This document shows, piece after piece, positions 33,127-46,300 of a DNA stretch of 64,000 bases. Origin of the DNA: Marsupella aquatica (Eukaryota; Plantae; Marchantiophyta); the NCBI GenBank assembly GCA_973895155.1, contig OZ316895.1, positions 3,645,659 through 3,709,658 on the forward strand, given 5' to 3'. A model generated the notes under the pieces. That model had not been told where the DNA came from. It saw nothing but the letters and a program-made list of their open reading frames with translations, and ran no database searches. Positions within the stretch are counted from its first letter, which is position 1, and every line of letters begins with the position of its first letter. A program made the position numbers and the translations under genes.

Positions 33127-36075
33127 GGCCCTGAAAGGGCCTATGCTCCGAGATGCTCCTGGCTCTGCTAGTAAATCTACTAGATCTTCTTCCCTCACCC
33201 CTCAGCCTCGTCCAGCCCAATCAATCAATCAACCGATCAATCAACCTGCTCCCCCGCCTCGTCTCCGCATCCTTTCGTCCCTCCTCCTCCTTCCGCCAAA
33301 GAAAGCACCCCAATTCCTACTCCGACGACGACCCAAATGGCTGCGGCCATGAATGAGTCAGCCCTTCTTCACTCAATCGCAAACACACCCGATCTCAAGC
33401 AACCCACATTCGCAGAATAACATATTACTGCTGCAAGCAAAGGCTAGAGCTGCAAGCAGCAAGCAGAAGGCAGAGGCAGCAGAGCACACGCAGCCTCTGC
33501 TAATTCTTCTTCTTCTTCTTCTTCTTCTTCAACTACGTCCGACATTCCCGGGAAAGAAACATACGTCTCTCTTCTTCATCTTAGTCCCGAAAGACCGGAC
33601 CGAAACCCCTCAAAATTGGAAACAACAGCACAACAATTACAACGAAGCACAGCCCAGCAGTAGAATCGAATCGCAGTCTCCCTCGTAACAGATTTGACAA
33701 CTATACACTTCTGCTCCTCAGTGACAGAGGGGATTCTTGCTTCCCTGCCTGCCTGCCTGCCTGCTGGGCTGGATCGAATGGCCCGGCCCACGACAGGCTC
33801 TTTCGTGTCTGCGCTCGATCCCGGCACCAAAAGGAAATGGACAAGAGTGTGATGATGATTCTGAGTTGGGTCGGTCCAGCGGAAGAGGACTAAGAATGGT
33901 CCATATCAACCTTTTTTTTAAAGGTTTTCTTCCCCTTTTTTTTTAGCAGAAAGTGGGAAACTAAAGCACTAAAGCACTAAAGCCCAGATGGACTGGCAAA
34001 GCTCGGATGGACTTGCTGAGAAGATTCAAACTGACGTAGATAACACTATTTACACTTTTGATTGAAATGTGACCTGTACACGGTCTCCTTACAGTTTGCA
34101 TCCGGTTTCAATTACCTTATCAAACCGGTTTGTTTGGTAACTTATGACTTGACTACCTTGAACCTAAAAGATGTTGAGATGTCATGCTGTTACTCAGTAT
34201 CACCATGACGCTTCACTACTTTCTTTCCAAGGTAGTCAAAGTTGTCAACTGCAATCCAGAATTGGTTCCTTTTTCTTTTTGGTGTAAAAGCGATGATCCC
34301 TTTAGGCAGTTCAATGGGCAGACAATGTCTTGGTCCATCCAAGCTTTTGTTTCGTGGACTAGAAGACTAAAAGAGTAGCCCTTAGTTGGCTAATGAAGAC
34401 CAAACCACACTGGCTTATTTTTGCACTTAAACAATTGGCTGGTCTATGTAAGTTTGTGGATTTGAAGAAGGAAAAGAGGGGGGAGTGGAGGGGTTAATGT
34501 TACACAAGGGAAGTTGGTCCATTCTAGTGAAACTAACCCAATGCCCATGTGTTGCGGACTATTGTCAATAATATTAACCTATGTTAAGTGGAAGCAACTT
34601 GAATTAAAAGTTTTTTGGTTTTCCTTTCTTGCCAGTGTGGCAAAAGTCCACCTTGTGTAAATGCAAAGATGATAGAAAATTCCTGATCTAGTATTCCTAG
34701 ATTACTTTCTGATCGTCAGATCTACCTAGATTTAAGTATGACCATAAGATTCTGGTTAACGGGGTCTGTGGCTACATGGGACATGGCTAATGGAAGACAG
34801 AAAACATAACAATTTTTTGTCAGACGTGGCAAAGACTTTCTAGAGGCCTGGAGTGGAGGTGTTGTCAGGCGTAATCATGTGAGATTACCACTCGAGTCAA
34901 GACGAGTCAAAGAGTGACACATGAACACCACTACCACACAATATATAGTGTAATTAAGTGAGTAAGCAAGAAAAGGAATCAAGAATTGGGTCAAGAATGC
35001 ACCCATATATACAATAATAATAATAACAATAATATATAATCTAATTTTTAAGACTCAGCACATTTTATTATCTTCTAGGAAAAACAAAATATATATCACA
35101 CTGCCCAAAGGCAAAGAAACTCCGAACTGGGAGACATGATCCCAATGGCAAAGCAACCCAATGAAGGGAAGGAAAAAGGGGGAAGGGCCCCAAGAAAAAC
35201 ATGCCAAGGGGACCCCAACCAACAGACAACAAAGAAGCAGGGGCCAAAAACCGGAACCAACAAAAAAGCCAAGTAGGCCAACACCCTACTGAGAAACAAA
35301 AGCTAGCACAAAATAAGGAACGAATACCAAGGCAAAACTGGGGGACCCACAGCAGTACAACAGAACCCCAGCAAATCAAGCCGTCAACAACAGACCAGCT
35401 TGGGTCTCGAATGGGGCAAGGCAGCCACAATGGGGTGGTTAACTTGTGCATCCAGGTAGCCCTAGTGCTTGTATCAGTAAAAGCACCACAAACTATTGGA
35501 TGACGTCCTGATTCCTCAACTATACTAATACACACCATTTTCCATCCTCTTTGTTTTTTGCCCTTCTTTCCTCTGGGATAATGTTTCCATTCTCTGGTAA
35601 TTTATTCTTTTCATGACAAGGAGCATTACTGCGTTCTTTTTGCGACCGACGTAGTTTTACAAGGGACACAAGAGTTGCATCCTTTTTCTCACTTATCCTC
35701 CTAGACAGTGAGACATGGAGATGGTGAAGAGAAAGTGCATTATCACGTTGGTAGCAAATTGAGATCATCTGCTACACACGACGGCTCTTAGTTTTGGGGT
35801 AAGTAGTACATCCGTTTACGGCTCAACGATTTGTGCCATAAACTCTCTTTCCCATGACTGTATCGGAAGGAACCTGTGCAGCGAACGCAAAACTTGGAAT
35901 AAACCCATAAGCAGAGTATAGCCGTGGACACAGATTGGGAACAAAATCCTGGGCCTTCCTCAGTCTCTCTTACCAGTCGTGTGTTCAGCACAGAGCGAAC
36001 TATTCTTTCGCCTTTTACTAAAGAATACCGTGCGCGGGACACAAACGCGACTTACGTAAATATTTGGAACGCCTC

Positions 36076-36705
36076 TTCACAGAGGCACCACCAATCTAAA
36101 CCTAATTAGCACTCGTGTAAGCTGGCAATCATCTGTGTACCTGAAAACAAATATTGTGTGTAAACTTCATTAGCAACTGTGTAAACCTCATTTTCAACTG
36201 TGTAAACCTTACAAGCAGGCGTATGAACCTATTTAGTGTCCGTGTACAGAACTGATCTCAATGCTCTCAATTTGGATACGGTTCGAATACACTGATCTCA
36301 AAGGAAATTTGGTTCAGATCTACAGTAGCTCAAAGAATCGAGTGAAGAATGCGGGTTCACAGAGGCACCACCATCTAATCCCAATCCCAACTAGCAATGT
36401 GAGTACTGAAGTGCACAAAATGCTCTCAATGCTCTCAATTTGGATATGATTCGAAGGGTAAGATCGCTAAGAAAATTTGGTTCAGACCAAAGGATGGAGT
36501 GAAGAATTTGGGTTCACAGAGGCACTACCAATCTATCCCAACGTGCAATGCGGGTACTGAACTGCACTCAATGCTCTCAATTCGGATATCATTTGTAGAC
36601 TAAAATCTCAAGGAAATTTGGTGGCACTACCAATCTATCCCAACTTCCAATGCGAGTACTGAAAAGCACTGTCAAGGTGCCGTTCACATGGGCACGACCA
36701 ACTCG
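36076..36705. repeat. Degenerate tandem repeat, irregular ~110-155-bp period
   Basis: TTCACAGAGGCAC(C/T)ACCAATCTA at ~36076, 36356, 36513, with partial copies at ~36623 and 36683. Interleaved ATGCTCTCAATT.GGATA and AAGGAAATTTGGT motifs. Confidence 0.7.
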
Positions 36706-38749
36706 AACCCAATCTGCAGCATGAGGGGTAGCATGAGGTTGAAATGATCTCAATCACGGGAAAGGTGGAACGCACATTTCGCTCTGTTCATCAAACCGCC
36801 GTCCTAAAAAGTCACTTCTATCACTAGTGAATATGAAACAGCCGAAGTGGGTCCAGAGACGGTATTGTCGCCTTTCAAAGAGTATTGAACCTTTTCTTAG
36901 ATGGTCGTGGCTGCGTCAACTTGAGGGGTTTGGTGGTGAATGGAAGCTGTGACGGGTCTCTGGAGTTTCGACGAGATTGTGGCTCTTCTTGTTTGCATCA
37001 GAGGACATGTAATTTAGAGAGGGAAACCCGCTAGAAGTTTTCCGTCAGCGGTTTCATAACATATGAATGATGATATTATGGGCCCCAATTTTGCCCAATT
37101 TTCTTTCTTCGTTTGTTTTGGCTCAGTTTTCAGCACTTGTAATTTCTCTGCAAACTTTCAGTCTTCGTCAATAAGTTTGAAGAATGCCACTCGACAATTA
37201 ATTGTACTCCCAGTTCCCACCAGCCTTCTTTAAAAGCTGCTGTGTACGACAACGAGACACATCCCTGCAGAGAGAAGTTCATGTTTTCAAGAACATTTCG
37301 TGCTGCATGAGAAGAACTTCACATCCGACAGACATATTAGTTGCGGACCTTCAATCTGCTCTCTAAAGTTTCCTGCAACCAGGCCCCCAAGTATCCTAAT
37401 AGTAGGTCATAGGTTTCCGTCACAGGTGGAAGATGAATTCATATGACCATTCAGTCCTTGGGGCCTTCAATCTCTTTAGGTGGGAAAGCTTGTTCACGGG
37501 TGGAAGAGGACTTCGTATGACTATTTATCACTACCATTCATCACTTTGGGCCTTTAATCTGTTCGGTGTAAAAGCTCGACGCAAATTGCAGAACAATACT
37601 CTCCTCTATTTTAAATTTCCCTGGGTCTTATGTTCAACGAAGATTGCAGCTAGTAGTGTTCTCTTTCGGTCGCCATCATTCGTGTCCCGGTGCTTTGTAG
37701 CAGTTGCGAGCAAAATATTGATTAATACACAAAACCAGGCCCGTGTCCAATGAATGAAGGTCTGTGACCAATGAATGAAGCGACCAAGGCGGACAAATGA
37801 AGGAACTGCCCACGACTATCCTAGCCTCGTACCCTCGCATACGAATTGCATATTTTGAGGTCTCAATACTTGGACATCCCTTCATTCAGTCAATGAGCCA
37901 AGAGAACTGGTATCAAGGCTCAAGAGCAGTTCTTGTGCATCTTTTGCTCAGGCTTCCACGACACCCCTGGTAGGTTTTCGTACATGCCTGGGGGGACCTC
38001 CACTTTTGTTGGGTTGGCGAGCTCGACCTCCTGCTCTCATATCTCTTTTAGTGGTACCAGACTCGACTTGAACTGGAAAAAGACGGTCATTTACCTTGTC
38101 CAGCCCAATGTACAGACCACTCTACAAATTGGGCTTCCGAATTTGGGCAGGGTAGCCCTGCAAATGGTCTAGCTTGCTTTGTGAGATATCAAATTTAAGC
38201 GTCCTACTCCAGACTCGTCAACTTTTACAAACATGCAGGTAGGCAAAACCAATAATCCTCGATTTACCAAATCGCCTTATCAGGCTCCGTATTTACAACA
38301 ATAAACCAGAGCATCTGCTGCCACAAGAATTTGTACGAGACCAGCTTAACAGCGTTCTACAAAATAGAGGACTCTCGGTGCTTGAAGACCTGCAAGTCAT
38401 CAAGATATCACCAGTGGTCCCACGTACTTGGACCCGGATTAGTGCGACGCTGCTATCTAAAATGTCAAGAGTACACTTCTCAGGCTCTCTATTGATGAAA
38501 ATTGTTCAGATCCAGTCTTTGGATGCATACCCAGATCATTAACATCTCTTTGACTTGTTTCAAAAGTGGTGCTCAACTAAGGTCTGTACGTCTGTATCAT
38601 GTGAGATGACGAAAGTTGCGATCCTAACACAGACTGTAAATTTCCTATACAAATTGACGAGTATGTGTTGTGACGGAAAGGCTCAAACCAAGTAGGAAGC
38701 AAATAACCCAGATAGAAGCTTCCATACTGTCCAGTAAAACACTGGCGTT

Positions 38750-40378
38750 TTAGCGGGGATCGATAAACTGAACAGTTGTTTCAGATATTTCCTCTAGAGA
38801 TGTCTCTTCAGCAGTGAAACCCATCAGCTCCATAACTTCTTGAAGCCTTTTCACGTTTGTCAAATACAAATACCCTATCTGGAAAAATATATCACAAAGT
38901 CCAAGCACATCTTATCAGCCAGCGCTCACAACGGTCCCAATGAATCTTTCACGTCTTTCAACATACCAGGTACCTACGTGAAGATCCTAGTAATCTCATT
39001 TTCTTTGAAATAATGATACTTCAAGATCTAATTTTAAAATAAATTACTCAACCAAAGAACCTGCTCATGGGTGACCTTACCAGGGTCTCTAGTGAAGATG
39101 CACTGTTATACACAGATCCTCCTGCGCGTCTTCTTGCACTCTTGTTCCCACCATCTATGTTTCTCCCCCATCGAAGCACATCCCTGCGAGAGAGACGAGT
39201 TAGCATAAATGTCTAGATAATTATTCCACTCTGCAAATCAAGGGGAAAATATGTCAGCTAAACGATCAGCCGCTCATGCCAGGTTACTTGGAAAAGCTAG
39301 TGAATCACCCAGAGGCCAAGGCTGACTTCCACAAGCACCTGTATGACTTTCTTACAAGACTAACAGAAATTTCACATACAGTTTGAACACAGACGGGGCC
39401 GGAGAAAGCTTGTGCAACAACACTTCGAACAGAAAATTTGAAATGCCCACCTTTCTTCCTTCGTAAGAATATTTTTTTTCACGAGTTTAAGAAGCAACGC
39501 ATTCTGGACGACAAATTACAACAGAAATGTCAGATGTGGGGGCATTGGGCCAAAACTAGACACCAGTACTCAATTCATCGAATGTGCAACAAACATTAGG
39601 CCTATTGACGGTGCATATGTTCATAGAAATACAGCACGGGTAACCCAGATGAGCTTTATTTTGATATGCATATGGGAATGTACCTGTGCTTCACAACAGA
39701 CCAAGGCCATCACCCGCTGATTGTACGTGTCCATGGCTTGAGGCGGAGTCAAAAAATGTCGTCGAACGTATAGCTGCGTTCCTTTGATAAACACCCCAAA
39801 AGATTTCGGATGAATATAAAACCCTATTTGACAAAACGTGACAACGTGAGGAACTTCTACCTCGAATCCATATGAAAATGTCACAAAAGATAAGGACGCA
39901 TCTACCTCGAATATGGCATCGCCCATGTAGGCAAGAGCTGCAGCATTGTGCACCGCTCGCGGCTGCTGCACCAGAGGCGCCCCAGGCAGCCACACTCTTC
40001 GTCTTTCGGCTTGGTCATCTTCCCGTCTATGCCCTGTAATAAAAATCAGAATGGACACCAAACGAATCAATCAAGTGAACGAGAAGTAGCTCCATTGACG
40101 CGCTCTCAATTTCAGAAACGCGAAATTCTCAGCAGACGAAACACTTCTCCAAAGGCTGAACGCGACCCACCGTCATCGGCGGGGCCTCTACTCAGCAGAT
40201 TCGGCACGTTCAGCTTCTGCTGAACACTCCGAGATGGGGAGTGCTCCGACGACTGGCGTGGCTTTCGAACAACGACATCGACGGCCGGATCCACCCATGG
40301 CCAGGCTGCCACAGGACGGTGATGGTGATGCCACGGTCTCGGTGAGACGATACGCAAGACCGCTTGCGAATACATCAT
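38750..40378 (-). CDS. Mini-ribonuclease III (plastid RNC3/RNC4-like), ~236 aa; exons 40171-40378, 39906-40033, 39684-39773, 39451-39503, 39081-39183, 38750-38878
   Basis: RNase III signature NAAALAYMGDAIFELYVRRHFL, then V.CEAQ, LTKEERDVLRWGRN, YNSASSLETLIGYLYL. No dsRBD. N-terminal transit-peptide-like region. All junctions GT-AG and in frame. Confidence 0.9.
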
Positions 40379-40570
40379 ATTTCTGGAAGCAAGACAATTA
40401 GCTGCGCTCTTCAAAATTTAACCAGTTGCACGCTTAATTGGAGGGCTGTGTATTCCGGCTGCTGGCAAACTGTTCATATCTCTAGGAGGACACATTCTAC
40501 GAGGACCAATCCGGCAACTCTTTGAGCAGAATTGGAGTGGGCTCTCAAATTGTGAGTGCATAACAGGATG

Positions 40571-40584
40571 AACCCTAAACCCTA
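40571..40584. promoter_or_regulatory. Telo-box-like motif upstream of the Mini-RNase III gene
   Basis: AACCCTAAACCCTA ~200 bp upstream of the ATG. Telo-boxes are common in plant ribosome-biogenesis genes. Confidence 0.35.
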
Positions 40585-42373
40585 CGATCCTGTACGTTCA
40601 TCATCAACCCCGCAACCAAAGCAAAGCTCTACCGAACCTCGAGCCGTCAAATCTGAGGCCCCTGCTCAGCAACACGAGTGCCGTTGAGGATTCCATGAAA
40701 ATTCCCTAATTGAAAGCCTCGACGATGTGGGTCATTGTGAGCTACAACTGTTCCCGCAGGAGTTTGGCGAGATAGACAGACCCGATCCGAATGGAAAATC
40801 GAGCTCTGAAGAGCCACAGATTTTTAGCTCTGCTTTGCACGAGAACACAAAGACGGCAGTGCTTTTGTTGTGGAAGGGTGCACAAAAGCTTCAGATGGGA
40901 AACAGACAACGATCAAGGTATCAGGATGAGAAGCATCGATGAAGCACAAATTGCACAGGCTCGAGCAGAGCTTGTGGGCAATGGCAAATTCACAGCAAGG
41001 ATCACACAGACTGCAGCTTGTTGGGAGAAAACAAGATGGAAATCCTGTCAAGGAATGGGACGCTTGACTTAAATTGAAACAAACACAGATCTAAAGAAAG
41101 ACGTCCATAGCATGCGAATTTTAGCCAAATTCCACCTTCCCAAAAAGTGTTGTGAGTCATTAGCCACTTTTTCACCTCAGCATGGACCCCATTCGCCAGA
41201 ATCTAACTATCATCCGTAAATCTAAGCATATCTGATGGTCAGGATGTAATTCAGGAAAACTGACTAAGAATGTTCCTAGTACCTCCTCCCTTAGTGTTGT
41301 GTTGCTGACATTTACCATACTGGCTAAAAATAAAAACCCTTAAAAAATAAGCTGGTCTATAGACCCTGCTTTGTTCCATGGGGCCAGGTTCCATGGGCCA
41401 AGGGCAGGGAGTCCTGCGTAAATGCACCCCAAAATACAGTTCCCATAAGTGCAAGTCCCCTAATATTACATTGATTTCCTGTGTAAATGTGCCAAAAAAA
41501 TGCAACCTGCATGAGTGCATGTAGACACTCACTAAATGAGAAATCAATTACACCAAAAGACAAATTGATAAGTGCATTTTGGTCTATAAGGGTACAAATG
41601 CATTTGTCACTTATTGCAATGCATACATGAGAAGCATTTTATTGATAAATGCAGCAAACAAGTACATAAAATGGTTTCATGCATTTATCAAGTTAAATCA
41701 TGCAATACTAGGGCTCAGGGTTTGAGGAGTCCAATGTGTGTGAACTGACAATGCAATATTATTTCCCAAGCACTTATTAGATAGTGCAGACCATGCAAAT
41801 ATGGAGAAGTGCATAAATGATATCCTGTGCTTATTGCATAGTGAATTCTGTGGATAAGTGCCGGCTGGTCGTGTCTTCTCAAGAGCCCACACTTAGACAA
41901 GATTCACTGTAGTTCTTTGGAAACATTATATTTCCAAGAGCTTCCAATTAAGTGGGGATAGGAGGGAAATTTTGCTCGTGAGTGAACCCCCAACTAGTTC
42001 AAAACATGGTAAAAGCTGGGGGTAAAAATTCATCTACAAGTCAACATAGCATAGTGCAGTTGCTTAGTGCAAATGGAAAATAATTGTGGTGAGTACATTG
42101 TGAGAAAGACTTAGTTAATTGGGAGAAAGCACTTTATGACTATATATGTAATTTAAGACATACACTTTTTTCTAGCTCATGTAAATCTTTCTTGAATTTT
42201 TTCCTTTGTATATGTGTACAAGGTTATGAAGCATTACCCTCAGGTGAGGCCACAGAACCCCTGGGCTGGGGATTATGAAATTTGAATAAGAAATAGGGTA
42301 AGTGCACTTAGGATCAGACTTATGTAAAAATGAACTGAATGCTCTGTTAAAATTCACTCAGGCTTTACACTCA

Positions 42374-42469
42374 GTAACTCATCTCCACTTGGGGATAATG
42401 GCTGTAACCCCCTCGGGCTCAGCGCCCTCTGGGATTACATCCCATTATCCCCTCTTGGGGATGAGTTAC
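42374..42469. repeat. Imperfect ~45-bp-stem inverted repeat (96-nt hairpin)
   Basis: GTAACTCATC...GGGGATAATGG.TGTAA.CC...GGGC pairs with GCCC...GGATTACA.CCATTATCCCC...GATGAGTTAC. Confidence 0.75.
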
Positions 42470-43372
42470 CCTACACTTTATGCTTGAGCATATCTTCTTG
42501 ATGATCATTCCTCATAGTTTAACGACATGCAAACCCTTCCACTCCCAAACTATTACTTCATATGGAATTTAAAACTTGATATTAATATGAAAATCATGCT
42601 TTGTGTTATCACTTAGACTGTGTTATCATTTTTGAATGCTTCGTAGAAGTACTAGTATTTTTAGCTTTCTATGACACGATGCCATGTTGTCTTTCCTGTC
42701 CCATTAGCTTCTTTTTGGGGTTAGAGTTCATGGGTTGCTAATGTCCTTAATGCTTTGTCTTCGTTTCGAAATTTTTGGTCCTCGTAAGCCCTTCTTGTTT
42801 TATTTGAAGGGGTGTTATCCTTTGATTTCAAGCCAGTCTGCCAGTTGTATAACCATCTGGATTCTGTGGGGTCTCTGGCCCTTGATTTCTTTCAAACTAG
42901 AAAACCCCACCTGGTTAGTAATACATGGTTTCTGGATTTTCATTCAAAATTGCTTCAAGGAAATAGTATCTTCAATGAACTTTGCAAGAATAATCTACTC
43001 AATACTTTTCAAAATCAGATTTTGAAACTTGTCTCCTATACATGGGAGTCTTACTTTATTATCTTTATTACATTACTTGGTTCTCACAAAGAAAAATGCT
43101 TGTCCTGCTTTACTCAACTTCTCGTTAACTACTCATCAAAACCTACAAGACAAGTCATATGACTTAATATTTCTTCTACAAATTTTGGATGTACCTCATT
43201 TAGTCTGGACTAAGACATCTATAAGTTTTTCTCAAAATTCTACATTTCAAGAAAGAACCCGATAAGGCCAAGCCACCAAGGGACCAGTACAAACTCAACT
43301 TTCAAGTTATCACATGACAAAAGCCACCGTCAAATTTGGGAGCAATTCTCAGCAATCCTAGTTTTTTCTTCC

Positions 43373-46300
43373 GGTCTCAGTCCAGAAATTGTGCATTCCC
43401 CATCAGATTTGTATACATCGTTTGCTCTGTTTCGCCTGATGTTGTTACTTCTCTCCTGTGCCGGAGTGTTCATACCAAAACCCTGACTCAAATTTCCTGT
43501 TGCCTACGATGGCCGCAACTTTCTGCACTACAACAGTCTTCCTGCAAAGAAGCGGCTGCTATTTGAAGCTGGATTTTCCTCTCACAAACTGAAGCCAGAG
43601 TGATTGCTTGTCAAACTTGCTCGTTGCTGAGTTCTCACAAGTTGCCCAATGCTTGATGAGTTTGCTCCAGAAGAAAGCCACAAATATCTTCTTCATAGAT
43701 GAACTGTGCTTCGAAAAGGTCTGAATGCATTGCCCATGAAATCTAACCAAAATAGATTGAAGGAATGGAGAATTTGCAGACTGGCTACGTGATACGTTCA
43801 AAAACCTGCCTGAAACCCGAGTTTGACTAGTAATCGGGTCCACTAGTCCCTAGCCTGACCACTCGCTTCCCTCTGTCGTTTTTCATACTCAATCTGCTCG
43901 ACTGTGCTTGAGGTCTAAACTCCTCATCTTGTGATCCAATCATTTCTTTGTTCAATCAGTGAATGAGTTCAATTACTGGCGTACACTTTGAAATTTCTGC
44001 TATGAGAGCCAACCTAGGAACTATAGTCGACCATTCTTCCAAGCAGGCACAGAGTTCCATCAATTTTTGTTCGTTCCTCCGTTTCATTCTACTTCTTTTG
44101 AATTAAGGATCTTCCAATTCTTTCTATACAATTGGACAGTTGAACATGCGAAATTCAACTGAGCAGAAAAGTACAACGGAATTGGTGGTCTGCAAAAGCT
44201 TGCCCTCGGGCTTTGATAGGGGGGTATATCCTGCAAACCCCTCATTACAGGACTTAATTTGCCTCACTCTTTCAGCAAGAAAGAAAAAACATGATTCCAA
44301 CATGGAACAAACAAATAAAACACATGCTGTACCTAGGGAACCTGGAGCCTGAACAAATCACCTCCAACGAAGAAAGGAAAACACATCTCTGTACATAAAG
44401 AAACTGAAGCCAGAACACATCAGAGCAACCAAGAAAGAACTGCACATGATTGCACATTGAAGAAATTGAAGCAAGAGTACATCACACGAGCATCAAAGAC
44501 AGAAAGACACATGATTGGCACAAAAAAAAAGTGAAGCCTGAACATGTCGCGAGCAGTGTCGTCCCACATGACTTCAAATCACCTGGTGGACATTCCGACC
44601 TCAAAACTCCAAGAGCTCTACTCTCTCTGGCCTTCAGTAAAATGCCACTCTGACTCGCCAGTGACGTCTATGGAGCTGCAGTGCTCTTCTCCCCCTTTGG
44701 GTGTTCCTGTGTATCCAACCTTTGCCTCTTGCTGTCAGGCTGGCCGGACGTGTTGGGCGGTGCAGTCACGCTACATGCACTTAGTTCAGATCTAGCTGAG
44801 ATGCGTCTTTCCACCCTTTCCTTTAAGAGTGTTAAGTCCTCTCGCTCTTTCCGCCGGCGTCCCATAGCAATGTTGAAGACTCGATCAGTTTTGCAGATCT
44901 TGCAAAATGCGGCACTGTCTAGCCCGCCTGGTATACCGAGGGCACTGTAACCTACAGCGGCAATTTTTTCCTGGTATGCGTTGAAGTATCTCTCCGCAAA
45001 TGATCTCGCCGCAGCTAAATTAGGTAAATTTCTGTGCACAAATTCTTGCCGTGGACCTCTCAAGAACCTCTCTATTTCTGGATAGTCTGGAAGTACGGCG
45101 AGAGGTTGCCGCCTTGTGAATTCGGGCATTGTGCTGGCCACTTGCTCCCCTGCATCCACGTTACCCGCAATAACCAGTTGCCTTGCAATTTTGGCAAAAG
45201 CTTCACCCTGACCCACTGCACATTTCTTCACAAGCTCGATGACAGTCGCTGAAACTGATTCCCAGCCGAATACTTCAATAGCAGCCGCAATGGCTTCAGC
45301 AACTTCAACATTTCTCACGCCAATTTTGAAGGATTTATCTATCCGAGTAACAACGTCGAAGATTTCTCCGTAAGGATATGTTCTTGCCAACAGTTGAAAG
45401 GTAAGCAGGACATCTTCCAATGCATTTGCCTGTTTGCAAAGATTAATCAATCGAGGAGTCACTGAATCTTCGCAATCTGCCCCCGCTTCCCACACCCAAG
45501 CGGCCTTCTCTTCACAGTACCGAATAACCTGATGCAGTTGTCTACAAAAGTTTGGGTCACTGATTTCCAATGTATTCTCCAAAAGGTCCAATGCGCTCGG
45601 AACGCCTGTTTCACAGGCTAATACAATTGATATTGCTTTAGGCCATGCCACGAGCATGGCCTTGTGGAACTGCATTTCAAAAAGCCATCCTGCCAACGAT
45701 TCCCTGTAAGACCAATTCACACCCTCGTACTCTGTCTCATCTGCCACGGAATCAAAGGGATCCTCTCCCCTTGCAACAAGTTCCTTTTCCATGTCTATTT
45801 CTAGATTTCGAAAAGCCACGGTAGGTTTGCAATTCCATGCGATCCACTTTTTGAATTGAAATTCTTCGTAGGAAACTTCATGGAAACGAGTCAGACGTGC
45901 CACATCAACACCGTCTGGATCCGATAAGTCACCATACGTATGTTTCGTCACCAGGCAAAGATGAACATCTAGGCACTTGTCCTTTTTCTTATCCCAACAA
46001 CCTTTCAACACGGCTGCCATAAGCTTGTCAGTCCCTTTCAACCCAGCGAAGGATAAATCTTCTTCAGTATATTTGTGCTTCAGAGGGATAGCAAGTTTTT
46101 CACCAAAAGTGCTCAGTTTTCTTTCCGTTGCCTCTTTCGACCATGGTTCCAGTGCCGCTTCAGCTTTCTGCACCCTACTAGATATACAAAAGTCTCTATG
46201 AACAGGGTCCCAAGAAGTATCACCGTTTACCAAATTAAAAGCTAAGCTTAACATACTTCCCGACTTGATGCTCCCGAGCTCATGCAGGCAATCTGCAAAA

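Noticed and set aside
33506-33765. (CTT)n and (CTGC)n microsatellites and the poly-Leu ORF 33353-33688
   Set aside because: Ordinary 5'-region simple repeats; the Leu run is a by-product of the repeat.
40571-40584. Interstitial telomere
   Set aside because: Only two units; treated as a possible telo-box.
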